DNA of 64,000 bases from a virus: positions 32,001 through 96,000 of IMG/VR virus record IMGVR_UViG_3300037483_001670. One strand, 5' to 3'. A model generated the notes under the pieces. The model saw nothing but the letters and a program-made list of their open reading frames with translations, searched no databases and was not told the DNA's origin. The translations under genes were made by a program, and so were the position numbers. This document shows, one piece after another, positions 46,429 through 56,084 of the stretch (within the stretch, counting starts at the first letter, position 1; each line of letters starts with the position of its first letter).

Positions 46429-47399
46429 AGTGGTACATCCCCAGCTGGAACGGCGATCTCCGGCTCACGCCGAGCGCCAAGAACGATGACCACACGACGC
46501 TGACGATTCACCAGCCGACGCTCGCCGAGCGCCAGCTACTCGTGCAAATGGGCCGGGCGTTCGAAAAGCGAGGTTGGGTGCCGAGCTGGAAAGACCCGAA
46601 ACCGCAAAAGCTCTTCGGTCGTCCGACCAAGATCGAGCTCCGCGCGCCCCTCGACGAAGTCGGTCCGGTCGTGTCGAAGATCATGCGGCCCGGCAAAGCC
46701 GTGCTGACGGCGATCACGTTCATCGACGGACGCGTCGAAACGTGCAGCGGCTCGGAAGCCGATCTCGCGGAGCTCGCGAAGGGGGCGACCGCGGCACCCG
46801 AGGACAGCGCGCCCCGGGCGGCCGCGACCATAAAACGACCCACCCCCTCTTGCCCGCAGTGCATCCCGGGCGCCATCCTCCCTGCGTCGGAGGTGCTCCT
46901 CACATTCTTGTCACCTGAGCAGCACGCAAGCTGGGCACGTACGCGCTCGATCGTCGTCACCGGCGGCCTTTCCAAGCACCGCTACATCATCGCGCACCGG
47001 CACTCGCCGATCGCTCGGCGCTTCGGCCGCATCTGCTACGACTTCGATTCCAACATGGTCGTGCATTTTCACGACTGGACCGTGCCTCCCGAAGAAGAAG
47101 TGCTTGCCGCCAAGCTCATTTTGGAGCACCGCGAACCGTGGCTTCGCAACGAGGCCACGATGCTCTTGGACTTCGGCATCCTCGACACCTGCGGCGTCCA
47201 ACGGATCGTCCAGCGCGACCTGCGCGACCGGCAGCCAGTGTACAAAAACCCTTTCGGCGACGTGATGGACGGCGTCGCCGATGCCAACATGGCCCGCCGC
47301 GTCGGCGAGGCGGCGCTGCGACTCTTCGGGTCCGGTATCCAAGGGCCACCGGAGCAAAAGGCGACTCCGTCGACCGTTGCCCCGAAGGAGGTCCCGTGA
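46425..47399 (+). CDS. conserved phage-type hypothetical protein
   Basis: 324 aa; LLTFLSPEQ..W; VTGGLS..RY; PPEEEVLAAKLILE; GGAGAGG SD. Confidence 0.65.
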   Translation: MKWYIPSWNGDLRLTPSAKNDDHTTLTIHQPTLAERQLLVQMGRAFEKRGWVPSWKDPKPQKLFGRPTKIELRAPLDEVGPVVSKIMRPGKAVLTAITFIDGRVETCSGSEADLAELAKGATAAPEDSAPRAAATIKRPTPSCPQCIPGAILPASEVLLTFLSPEQHASWARTRSIVVTGGLSKHRYIIAHRHSPIARRFGRICYDFDSNMVVHFHDWTVPPEEEVLAAKLILEHREPWLRNEATMLLDFGILDTCGVQRIVQRDLRDRQPVYKNPFGDVMDGVADANMARRVGEAALRLFGSGIQGPPEQKATPSTVAPKEVP

Positions 47400-49225
47400 G
47401 CCTGTACATCGCGAAAAAGAAGGACTCGCTCGTCCTCCCGGATTCGACGGTCACCGAAAAGTTCGGAATCGTCGGGGCGAGCGGCTACGGCAAAACGCAC
47501 CTCGCCACCGTGCTGCTCGAGGAGATGCTCGAACAGCGGTTGCCGGTGGCCGTCATCGATCCCGAGGGCGTCTTCTGGGGCCTCGGGTCAAGCATCGACG
47601 GCAAGTCCCCCGGCTACAAGGTCATCGTTTTAGGAGGCAGCCACGGCAACCTCGACCTGAAACCGACCTCCGGGACCGCCATGGCCGAGCTCGTCGTCCG
47701 TACCCGGCAGCCGATGATCTTCGATCTCTCCAACTTCGACGACGAAGACGATGAAGCGCTGTTCGTGGCCGCCTTCGCGCAGACGCTCTACCAACGCAAC
47801 GGGATCGAGCGCCGTCCGATTCATCTCTACTGTGACGAGATCGACAAGTTCGCGCCCGAGCAGCCCATGTCGAAGGCCCAAATCGCTTCGACCAAAGCGC
47901 TCAAGAACGTCTTTCAGCGCGGCCGCGGGCGCGGCATCGGAGCCACCGCCATCACGCAGCGCCCGGCCGTCGTCAAGAAGGACATCCTCTACCAGGTACG
48001 TTGCCTCGTGACGTTCAATTTGCCTGGCCCGCTCGATCAGGACGCGATCTCGCGCTGGATGATCAAGCCGGCCAACATCGACAAGAAGGAGCGCGATCAC
48101 TTCTTGAGCACGCTCCCCAAGCTTCAGCGCGGGCATGCGTGGCTCTGGAGTCCGGCGTGGCTCAACGTGATGCAGCAAGTGGTCGTGCGCGAGCGCCGCA
48201 CGTTCGACTCGAGCAAGACCCCCGAGGTCGGCGCCAGCATGCTCACGCCGGTTCGGCAGGAAATCGATCTCGAAGCCATTCGCAGCATCATGGCCGAGCT
48301 CGTCGACCGCAACGAGCAAGACGATCCGACGACGCTCCGCGCGCGCGTTCGCGAGCTCGAGACCAAGCTAGCGACTCAGCCGAGCGCCCCCGCGCCGGCG
48401 CCCATCGTGAACAACGAGGACATGCGGTCGCTGTATGAGGCGCACACCGACGTCGTCAACATCGGAAACGTGGTGAGCAAGTTGGCCGGTGAGCTAGCGG
48501 TCTTGCACGACAAAATCGGCACGCTGCACCAGACCATTTCCGGCCGGATGGGAGGACAACCGATCGCAAAGATTCACTACCTCAACGAGGCCCACGAGCT
48601 TCCCCGTACGACCAAGGCGGCCGCGCGCCGCGAGCGGCGCGTCACGGCTGCGCCGACTGACAACAGCGGAGCTCGCGAAAAGTCGACGTCGAAGGTTGCT
48701 GCCGTTCCCGAGGAGCTCAAGGTGTTCCGCAAGGGCGAGCGCGACATGCTCATCACGCTCTACGACTTCGGCGGCCACCTTTCCCGCAGGCAGCTTGGCA
48801 CGATGGTCGGCATCAAACCGAAGGGCTCCACGATGGGCACGTACCTGACGACCCTGAAAAGCAACGCGGTCGCCACCTACACCATGGTCGACGTAACTTT
48901 GACGGACACCGGCAAGACGCTCCTCGCGAGGGTCTTGAACCGCAAACCGATGCCGCACAAACAGGACCAGCTCCTCGAAATCTGGCGCAAGAAGCTCCGG
49001 AAGGGCGAGCGCGACATCCTCGACACCGTCGTGCAAGCGCCGAACGGCATCACACGCAAAGACATGGCCGAAAAGCTCGACATCGCTCCGGACGGCTCCA
49101 CGATCGGCACGTACCTCTCCACGCTGCGTTCGAACGCTCTCATCAACGACGACGGCGAGCTGCTCACGATCGGCGACGCCCTGGCCATCTCTCGGGCGCC
49201 TCGGCGGCGCGCCAGCAACGCGTAA
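47396..49225 (+). CDS. HerA/FtsK-superfamily (DUF87-like) ATPase with two C-terminal wHTH repeats
   Basis: GASGYGKT; VIDPEG; DEIDKFAP; RGRGRGIG..ITQRP; repeated RKGERD.L..G.T.GTYL.TL.SN. Confidence 0.85.
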   Translation: MSLYIAKKKDSLVLPDSTVTEKFGIVGASGYGKTHLATVLLEEMLEQRLPVAVIDPEGVFWGLGSSIDGKSPGYKVIVLGGSHGNLDLKPTSGTAMAELVVRTRQPMIFDLSNFDDEDDEALFVAAFAQTLYQRNGIERRPIHLYCDEIDKFAPEQPMSKAQIASTKALKNVFQRGRGRGIGATAITQRPAVVKKDILYQVRCLVTFNLPGPLDQDAISRWMIKPANIDKKERDHFLSTLPKLQRGHAWLWSPAWLNVMQQVVVRERRTFDSSKTPEVGASMLTPVRQEIDLEAIRSIMAELVDRNEQDDPTTLRARVRELETKLATQPSAPAPAPIVNNEDMRSLYEAHTDVVNIGNVVSKLAGELAVLHDKIGTLHQTISGRMGGQPIAKIHYLNEAHELPRTTKAAARRERRVTAAPTDNSGAREKSTSKVAAVPEELKVFRKGERDMLITLYDFGGHLSRRQLGTMVGIKPKGSTMGTYLTTLKSNAVATYTMVDVTLTDTGKTLLARVLNRKPMPHKQDQLLEIWRKKLRKGERDILDTVVQAPNGITRKDMAEKLDIAPDGSTIGTYLSTLRSNALINDDGELLTIGDALAISRAPRRRASNA

Positions 49226-49235
49226 AGGAGACGGC

Positions 49236-49931
49236 ATGACAACACCGGAAGAAGAGCAAGCGCCGCAGGAGGATCGACAGCGGTCCGTCTCCGACAGAGA
49301 TCTCACGCTCTTGCGGGCCAAGTACCCTGGCTATTCGGCGTTCAAAGTAGCCTCTGGCGACCAAGTCCACCCCGACACGAACTGGCACGCATGGGTGGTG
49401 CTCGACGTCTTCGCGGAAGACGAGCTCTTGGTCGTCATCGACGAGGCTCCGGTCTCGAAAAGCTTGTCCCCGCATCGGCTCGCCATCGATTCCACGAGCA
49501 CGCAGAGCAACTATACCCCCGACAACAACTGGGGAGGGCCCAACAACAACAGCAAAGACATGGGCGTCCGTCGGCACCTGGTGGTGCGGCGCCAGCGGTA
49601 CCTGCTGGGCCAGCTCACGGGGACGGTCGTCGCGCGCCTGACCGAGCAAGTGGAAGCCGACAAGCGCAAGCTCGAGCAAGCCGGAAATGACCGAGTCGCC
49701 GCAGACGCCGCGCTGCGCAAGGCAAACGACGATCTGGGCGCCGCCGAGCGCAAGCTCGAGAAGGAGCAGGACGAACGCACCAAGCAGCAGCACTCGCTTG
49801 ACCAACTCAACGCCGATCTGCGCGGTCGTAGCGTCGAAGTCGCGCTACTGCGTGCCCAAGTGAAAAAATTGAGAGAGCACATCGGGCAACGCGAGTTCGA
49901 CAAACTGTTGGCGGAGGCCTCCAAAAAGTGA
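49236..49931 (+). CDS. hypothetical protein with C-terminal coiled coil
   Basis: 231 aa, AAGGAG SD. Confidence 0.55.
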   Translation: MTTPEEEQAPQEDRQRSVSDRDLTLLRAKYPGYSAFKVASGDQVHPDTNWHAWVVLDVFAEDELLVVIDEAPVSKSLSPHRLAIDSTSTQSNYTPDNNWGGPNNNSKDMGVRRHLVVRRQRYLLGQLTGTVVARLTEQVEADKRKLEQAGNDRVAADAALRKANDDLGAAERKLEKEQDERTKQQHSLDQLNADLRGRSVEVALLRAQVKKLREHIGQREFDKLLAEASKK

Positions 49932-50088
49932 AACGTACCCCATCGAAGCCGCCGCCCGGCGTCGAAGTCTTGACGCTCGGTCCGCGGCGCAGCGTTCGCT
50001 ACGTGCCCGCGCCACCCGGGCCGAAGACGAAGCAGCACCGACCGCGACCGCCGGGCAACCGGGATCGCCGGTTCCACGGACCGCCCGA

Positions 50089-50985
50089 GTGACCGCAGCC
50101 GCACCGACCGATCCGTCGCCGACCAGCGCTCCGCACCCTTTCCTTAAGTGGGCAGGGAGCAAACGAGCGTCGGCCGCTGCGATCCTCGACGTGCTCCCCG
50201 AGCGCATCGTGAACTATTACGAACCGATGCTCGGCGGGGGAGCCGTCTTCTTTGCCCTCCGCGCCGCGGGGCGCATCGACGGCACCCCGCACCTCACCGA
50301 CATCAACGCCGAGCTCGTCACCACGTTTCGGATCGTGCGCGACGAAATCACGCCGCTGATCCGCGAGCTGTCGCAGCACGCCTACAGCCGCGACGTCTTC
50401 GAGGCCTGGAAAGCGAAGGATCCCACTCTTTTGACCCCGCTCGCCTGCGCCACACGTATGATCTACCTGAACCGGACGTGCTTCAACGGGCTCTACCGGC
50501 TGAACATGGCCGGGCGCTTCAACGTGCCGTTCGGGCGCTACACCAATCCGACCATTTGCCAGTCCGGACCGCTCCAGGAGGCTTCGAACGCGCTCCGCGG
50601 CGCCGCGCTCGCCGTGGGCGACTACCGGGGCACGTACGTTATCCTCGAGCCAACCGAGCCGTGGCTCTTCCAAGAGCCCGCCACCGGCGACGCGGTCTAC
50701 TTCGATCCGCCCTACGTCCCCCTGTCGCACACATCGAACTTCACCAGTTACACCCAAGGGCGGTTCGGTAGGAAGGCACACGAGGCTCTGGCGACGCGGT
50801 TCGCCGAGCTCGCCCAACGGGGCGTCGCCGTGGCCTTGAGCAATTCCGACACCCCATTCACGCGTGAACTGTACCGCGGCTTCCAGGTGCGCAGCATCAT
50901 GGTGCGGCGGGCCATCAACAGCCGAGCCGCCAAGCGTGGCGCCGTCGGTGAAATTCTCGTGACAGCCAACTGTCGCGGCGACTAG
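50089..50985 (+). CDS. dam: Dam-family DNA adenine methyltransferase
   Basis: PFLKWAGSK; EPMLGGGAV; DIN; YLNRTCFNGLYR..FNVPFG; YFDPPY. Confidence 0.92.
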   Translation: MTAAAPTDPSPTSAPHPFLKWAGSKRASAAAILDVLPERIVNYYEPMLGGGAVFFALRAAGRIDGTPHLTDINAELVTTFRIVRDEITPLIRELSQHAYSRDVFEAWKAKDPTLLTPLACATRMIYLNRTCFNGLYRLNMAGRFNVPFGRYTNPTICQSGPLQEASNALRGAALAVGDYRGTYVILEPTEPWLFQEPATGDAVYFDPPYVPLSHTSNFTSYTQGRFGRKAHEALATRFAELAQRGVAVALSNSDTPFTRELYRGFQVRSIMVRRAINSRAAKRGAVGEILVTANCRGD

Positions 50986-50997
50986 CCAAACTTATGC

Positions 50998-51012
50998 TAG
51001 TACGTTCGTAAC
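50998..51012 (+). promoter_or_regulatory. operator-like motif (site 7)
   Basis: TAGTACGTTCGTAAC upstream of ORF 51032. Confidence 0.7.
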
Positions 51013-51031
51013 AAAAAAAGGGAGAACAGCC

Positions 51032-51739
51032 ATGACCGAGACAGAGCCGCAGCCCATCTTTTCGGCCGTACGCATGGAGATCGATGTCAGTCCGACCTGG
51101 TGGCCCAAAATCCATCACCGGCGGGGCGGCGCGTTCAGCGTCACGCTCTCCGCGCTCATCCAGATTCTCGACCGTCGAAAGCTCGAGCCGCTCGAGCTCC
51201 GTGCCAACGAAGACAGGATCGTCGTGGTCCTCGCCGTCGGACTCGACGTCGAGCCGGGCGAATACCAGAGCCACGCCGTGCAAATCCGCGCCGCACTCAC
51301 ACTCGCAGTCACGATCGAGCCAGAAGACGACTTTCACATGGATCTCCAGTTTGTAGAGGTGGGCGAGTCCGAGGCCGCTCGGCAGTCGACGACCCGCCGC
51401 GAGCTCGAGGAAGTGCTCCGCAAATGCGGCTTCGTGCAGGGAGCTTCGGCGGCGCTCACCGCTCACAAGTACAAAGAGATCGGCGACAATGACATTTGGA
51501 CACTGCCCACGGGCAGCCGCTGCGTGCAGTTCGACGAGGACACGACGATCGACATGGTCGGCACGGCGCGCTGGATGGACGCGACCGGCGAAAAAATCTA
51601 CACGTTCGACACGATCGTCCAAAATCTCGCCGCGTTGCTTCGAAAGGCCGAAGAGACAAATCCGGTGACCCCGGACGAAAAGTCGGCGGCCGGCATCCTA
51701 CCTGGCAAGGGTAGCGTGAAGGGCGGCATCTTCGCCTAA
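51032..51739 (+). CDS. hypothetical protein
   Basis: 235 aa, GGAG SD. Confidence 0.55.
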   Translation: MTETEPQPIFSAVRMEIDVSPTWWPKIHHRRGGAFSVTLSALIQILDRRKLEPLELRANEDRIVVVLAVGLDVEPGEYQSHAVQIRAALTLAVTIEPEDDFHMDLQFVEVGESEAARQSTTRRELEEVLRKCGFVQGASAALTAHKYKEIGDNDIWTLPTGSRCVQFDEDTTIDMVGTARWMDATGEKIYTFDTIVQNLAALLRKAEETNPVTPDEKSAAGILPGKGSVKGGIFA

Positions 51740-52449
51740 TGGCCACGCTCGACGCCGAGATGCCGGTCACCCGCGCGGAGCTCGAAGAGACGCTCCGCGC
51801 GGAGGGCTTTCAGCAGACGTCGCCGCACGTTTGGTGCAGCCAGGACCGCACGAAGTTCGTGTCGTTTCCCGAGGACACGTCGGGCGAGGCCATCTACGGC
51901 GACTCGGAGATCGGCGAGCCGGGCCGAACCATACCCATCGCTGCGGCCCACCGCGTCGTGCGAGGCGAGCTCCTCTTGGACTCGCCGCTCGGCGTCTCGC
52001 CGATGCAGCATCCAGCGGAGCGTGCCCTGAGCGGCCGGGCGCACCGCGAACTGCCGCCAATCATCGAACGGCCGCTTTTGCGATCGAGCCACGTCCGCGT
52101 GCTCTCGTCGTCGAACCCGCCGCCCAACGTCCACGATGCCGAGTTCGTCGAAACTGTCCCCGCGCCCAAGCCCGAGCCAAATCCCGTGGTGGAGGGCATG
52201 ACCTTCGAGCGCGCGGTACAGAGCGAGATGCGCGCACGCATCAGCGAGCTCCAAGCGAGCAAGGGGCGCGTGCACGGCTTTCTCATCGGGATTGTCGCGG
52301 GCGCCCTCGCGCTGACGGCTGCCATTTGGATCGCGTACGGGATCGTCGTCCATCGAACGCCGGAGCGTGACCACGACGTCCTTCTGAGCGGAGCCGTCGT
52401 CGCGACGATCGCGATCATCCTCTACGCTCGCCACTTCCACGATCTCTGA
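51739..52449 (+). CDS. putative membrane protein (two C-terminal TM helices)
   Basis: FLIGIVAGALALTAAIWIAYGIVV and VLLSGAVVATIAIILYA. Confidence 0.6.
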   Translation: MATLDAEMPVTRAELEETLRAEGFQQTSPHVWCSQDRTKFVSFPEDTSGEAIYGDSEIGEPGRTIPIAAAHRVVRGELLLDSPLGVSPMQHPAERALSGRAHRELPPIIERPLLRSSHVRVLSSSNPPPNVHDAEFVETVPAPKPEPNPVVEGMTFERAVQSEMRARISELQASKGRVHGFLIGIVAGALALTAAIWIAYGIVVHRTPERDHDVLLSGAVVATIAIILYARHFHDL

Positions 52450-52450
52450 C

Positions 52451-53032
52451 ATGGCGCTCAACGACATCCCTACGCCGATCGCATCGGACACGTCCATTTG
52501 CGTCGACGACGACTGCCCGCTCCCTGAGCACAGCGGCGAGTGCCCGACCGAGCGCACGCTCGAGATGTGGCGCACCGAGGCCCAGCGCTGTCGGGCGATG
52601 ATCGGCCGGCTCCTCAACGATCTCCGCCGCCGGGACGAAATCATCGAAGCGTACCGTCAGAAGACCGACTGTCAGAAGACCGATGCTCCGCGCCTCGGCG
52701 AACTCTGGACCGGTGGCCCCAACAGCTGCAACGCCGGCGCCGAGGTCGTGTTCATCTACATGAACCACAATCCTTACTCGGTCCATGCGGTCGTGAAGCG
52801 CATCAACGGCCCGTGGTCCATGAACCGCGTCGCCTTCTGCGGGTGCGAACCGTACATCGGTCCGATCGGCTGGTCCGGTGCGCCTCCCCCCGACGTGACA
52901 CTCTGTCGCGTTTGCGCCACCCAGGTCGATCTCTGCGCAGATGGAACGTGGCGCGTCAGGACGAACGCACCGTCCCGCATCAACCGACGTTGGACGTACA
53001 CCCCTTCGAGCTCCTTTTACAGGGACGACTGA
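52451..53032 (+). CDS. hypothetical Cys-rich protein
   Basis: 193 aa; several Cys/His clusters. Confidence 0.5.
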   Translation: MALNDIPTPIASDTSICVDDDCPLPEHSGECPTERTLEMWRTEAQRCRAMIGRLLNDLRRRDEIIEAYRQKTDCQKTDAPRLGELWTGGPNSCNAGAEVVFIYMNHNPYSVHAVVKRINGPWSMNRVAFCGCEPYIGPIGWSGAPPPDVTLCRVCATQVDLCADGTWRVRTNAPSRINRRWTYTPSSSFYRDD

Positions 53033-53304
53033 TGCCGAAGAAGACCGACGTCACCAATGAGCTGCTCCAGCTGCGGCACGCCGCCAGGGCCGTGCTCCGC
53101 TACCTCGACGGACCCGACAATGGTCATTGCCGCGCGTGCCAAGCGTTCATCGGAGAATGCCGGCCGTCGTGCGTGCTGTGGAAGATCCGCGTAGCCACCG
53201 GTCGACTCAAGTGCAAGCACGAGAACGGCACGTACCGCGGCGACATGTTGATGCACTGCTCCGATTGCGGGGCGCGCGACTTGAGAGGAAGCAATACCCC
53301 ATGA
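53032..53304 (+). CDS. small Zn-ribbon protein
   Basis: CRAC; CKHE..HCSDCG. Confidence 0.45.
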   Translation: MPKKTDVTNELLQLRHAARAVLRYLDGPDNGHCRACQAFIGECRPSCVLWKIRVATGRLKCKHENGTYRGDMLMHCSDCGARDLRGSNTP

Positions 53305-54692
53305 AACGGCTTGAGCCTCGCGACTACCAACATACCGGCGTTGTCAGCACCATAGCCTACCTAAAAAAACGCAAGAACGTCTTGCTTGTCTCGCCTGGCG
53401 GAAGCGGCAAAACGGTGATGATCGCCATGCTCGCCGCGAGGTTGCGCAAGATGCACCTCCGCGTCCTCATCTTGGCCCAGCGCCGCGAGCTCATCCAACA
53501 GGCCTACCGCCACCTGCAAGGCATCGGACTACCTGACAACACGTTTGGGGTCATCATGACCAGCCCGGACGAAGACCACATCCGACCGGGTGCTCCTATT
53601 CAGATCGGAAGCAAGCAGCTTTTCGACTGCCGCACCGATCTGCCGACGTACGACGTTGTCCTCGTCGACGAAGGCCACCACGTCACCGCTCCAGGCTACC
53701 AGCGCATCGTTATGCGCAAGGGCGTCCTCCGCGTTGGCTTCACTGCCACGCCCGAGCGATACGACGGCGCCGGGCTCAGCGCCTTTTACGATGTGATGAT
53801 CGAAACCGCCAAACCACGCGAACTCGTCGATCGTGGCTACTTGGCTCGCCCGCGCATTTTCACAACGCTCGACGAGCTCCTACCGGATCTCTCCGAGCTG
53901 CGCCCCACGGTCAACGGTGATTACGCCGTCTACCGGCTCGGCCACCTGGTCGACAAGGGCGTCCTCCTGGGCAACATCGTGGACAACTACGCGCTACACG
54001 CCAGCGGCCTCTCCATGAGCGTCCACGCCACAAACGTCGCGCATTCGCGCCATCTAGTCGATCGCTTTGTTGGGAGTGGCGTAACCGCAGCTCACATCGA
54101 TGGCGACACGTCGGTCACCGATCGAGATCGCATCGTGCGACTTGCTCGGCAACGCCGCATTCTAATTCTGTCGAGCTGCATGGTGTTCAGCGAAGGAATC
54201 TCGCTTCGCGAGTTTCAAGGAACCATCATGGCCCGGCCAACGCGCAGTCTGACGCTCTACATGCAGCAAGCCAATCGCGCGATGCACCACAAGGGCAAAG
54301 ACCGGCCCATTATTCTGGACCACGCTCGCAACGTGCTGTACCACGGCCGCCCCGATGCCGACCGCGAGTTCACCCTCGAAGATGGACAGGTGAAACCGCA
54401 AAGCAAGGCAAAACACCCACCCGTGAAGGTCTGCGGTGAGTGTAACGCCGTCAACCTGCCCAGCGCCACCGCGTGCGAAGAGTGTGAACATCCATTTCAT
54501 GCGTCGACCATCCCCCAGGAAACGGACGCCGTCCTGAGGGAGATGACGTTGGCGGAGGTTCGGAAACTGAAGAAGCGTCTCGCTGCTTACGGCAAAAAGC
54601 AGGGATGGTCTGCCACGCACGTCGCGACGTGGGTCAACAAAGTCCTGAAACAATGGTGGTCCGAGCGAGGGCTCACCCCCATGCAGACGTAA
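53301..54692 (+). CDS. SF2 DEAD/DEAH helicase (YejH/RadD-like) with C-terminal Zn ribbon
   Basis: PRDYQ; PGGSGKT; VDEGHH; GFTATPER; FSEG; LYMQQANR; KVCGEC..CEEC. Confidence 0.9.
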   Translation: MKRLEPRDYQHTGVVSTIAYLKKRKNVLLVSPGGSGKTVMIAMLAARLRKMHLRVLILAQRRELIQQAYRHLQGIGLPDNTFGVIMTSPDEDHIRPGAPIQIGSKQLFDCRTDLPTYDVVLVDEGHHVTAPGYQRIVMRKGVLRVGFTATPERYDGAGLSAFYDVMIETAKPRELVDRGYLARPRIFTTLDELLPDLSELRPTVNGDYAVYRLGHLVDKGVLLGNIVDNYALHASGLSMSVHATNVAHSRHLVDRFVGSGVTAAHIDGDTSVTDRDRIVRLARQRRILILSSCMVFSEGISLREFQGTIMARPTRSLTLYMQQANRAMHHKGKDRPIILDHARNVLYHGRPDADREFTLEDGQVKPQSKAKHPPVKVCGECNAVNLPSATACEECEHPFHASTIPQETDAVLREMTLAEVRKLKKRLAAYGKKQGWSATHVATWVNKVLKQWWSERGLTPMQT

Positions 54693-54694
54693 AC

Positions 54695-56026
54695 GTGGCC
54701 GCCGCCAAGTCGCTCGGCTATGGACCTAGGCCCATTTGCAAGGTTAAGCATTGGCGTTTGGTGAGCCCAGTACCATCAGGCCGCCGATATGGAAGCCAGT
54801 GTACGTACACCTGGCGATGCTCGCGATGCGACGCAACGCATGAGCTGACCCTCGGCGCTGCGCGTGGCAATCGCTGCCCAACCTGCGTCCGTCGTCAGAT
54901 CGACAACAAAGTACCGAAACGAATTGGCACATTCGTATTAATCGACCGCGCAAGCGTTCCGCGAACGCTACCGAACGGCCGACGCCAACGCGTGTGGAAA
55001 TGGCGTTGCGACCAATGTCACCGCATCAGCCTTAGCACCGTCACTTACAGGAAACTCCGCAGGTGTGCTTGCACCGTCGGGCCTCCTCGGCCACCGTCGC
55101 GCATCGGCACCTACGCATTGGACAGCACCACACCAGCCAACAGGAAGCATGGAGCTGCCCTTTACCGGTGGACGTGCACCGTTTGCAATTCCACAATCGT
55201 CTGCAACACGAGCCGCGCCAGAGAAGGATGCACACTCTGTCGATCGCGCCAGCGTATCAAGGCGCAGCTGTCAGATGCCTCCGGCTCGTCTTTACTGCGG
55301 CTCGTATCGGACGTTCCTGAGCGCACCACTTCGCGTTTGGTGGTTTTCACCTATCAATGCAAGGCTTGCGGTAGGTATAAGAAACAAACACCACGCGACA
55401 CGCGCGCAGGTGTAGGCTGCCGGTCGTGCAGGGGCGCGCACAGAGTAACCATCGCCGACCACGCGACGCCGCTCCCGTTGGCCGCTAAACTATTCGGCCT
55501 CGCACGTGGTGTTGTGTCGTGCCGTGCACGCAAGGGCCTACTTGGAATGAGCTTACTAATGCCGCTGACTCGCTCGAAAACTATCGTGCATGCTCCGCGC
55601 ACCGGCAGCTACAACATCGCAGGCCACAACCTAACCATCAATGCCATCGGCAACCTGTTCGACGTTCGTCCAGAAACCATGGCCAGTAGAGTCCGCCGAG
55701 GCATGTCGCCGCTGCAAGCTGCTACTGCGGTTCACCACAAAATGTTTAGAGGTGAGCGGCCCAAGCTTTCCGCCACGCCCGATGCAACGCTGGCAGGTGC
55801 GATCACGAAACGCCTAACCAAGTTTGCGCTCACTGTTGGGCTGTCTCAGAATTGGGTACGGACGACCATGGAGCAGTGGTGGACCGAACGACGTCGGCGG
55901 ACCGCCCTGGCCAGGCGCGCCAAGGAGGACAAGAGGAACGCTGCACGACGTGCTCGAGCTGCTCGCCGCCGAGCGCAACGGACGGCAGCGCGACTCGTGA
56001 TCTACAAGTCGGAGCGCCACACTTGA
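54695..56026 (+). CDS. multi-Zn-ribbon, HTH-repeat DNA-binding protein (start uncertain)
   Basis: Four (W/Y)xCxxC..Cx(x)C units; two HTH-like modules; no HNH core recognised. Confidence 0.6.
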   Translation: MAAAKSLGYGPRPICKVKHWRLVSPVPSGRRYGSQCTYTWRCSRCDATHELTLGAARGNRCPTCVRRQIDNKVPKRIGTFVLIDRASVPRTLPNGRRQRVWKWRCDQCHRISLSTVTYRKLRRCACTVGPPRPPSRIGTYALDSTTPANRKHGAALYRWTCTVCNSTIVCNTSRAREGCTLCRSRQRIKAQLSDASGSSLLRLVSDVPERTTSRLVVFTYQCKACGRYKKQTPRDTRAGVGCRSCRGAHRVTIADHATPLPLAAKLFGLARGVVSCRARKGLLGMSLLMPLTRSKTIVHAPRTGSYNIAGHNLTINAIGNLFDVRPETMASRVRRGMSPLQAATAVHHKMFRGERPKLSATPDATLAGAITKRLTKFALTVGLSQNWVRTTMEQWWTERRRRTALARRAKEDKRNAARRARAARRRAQRTAARLVIYKSERHT

Positions 56027-56084
56027 GCCGCAATAACGGCCACCTTTTCCCTTAGGCCTCACTTCGACTAGACTGTCAGAACGG

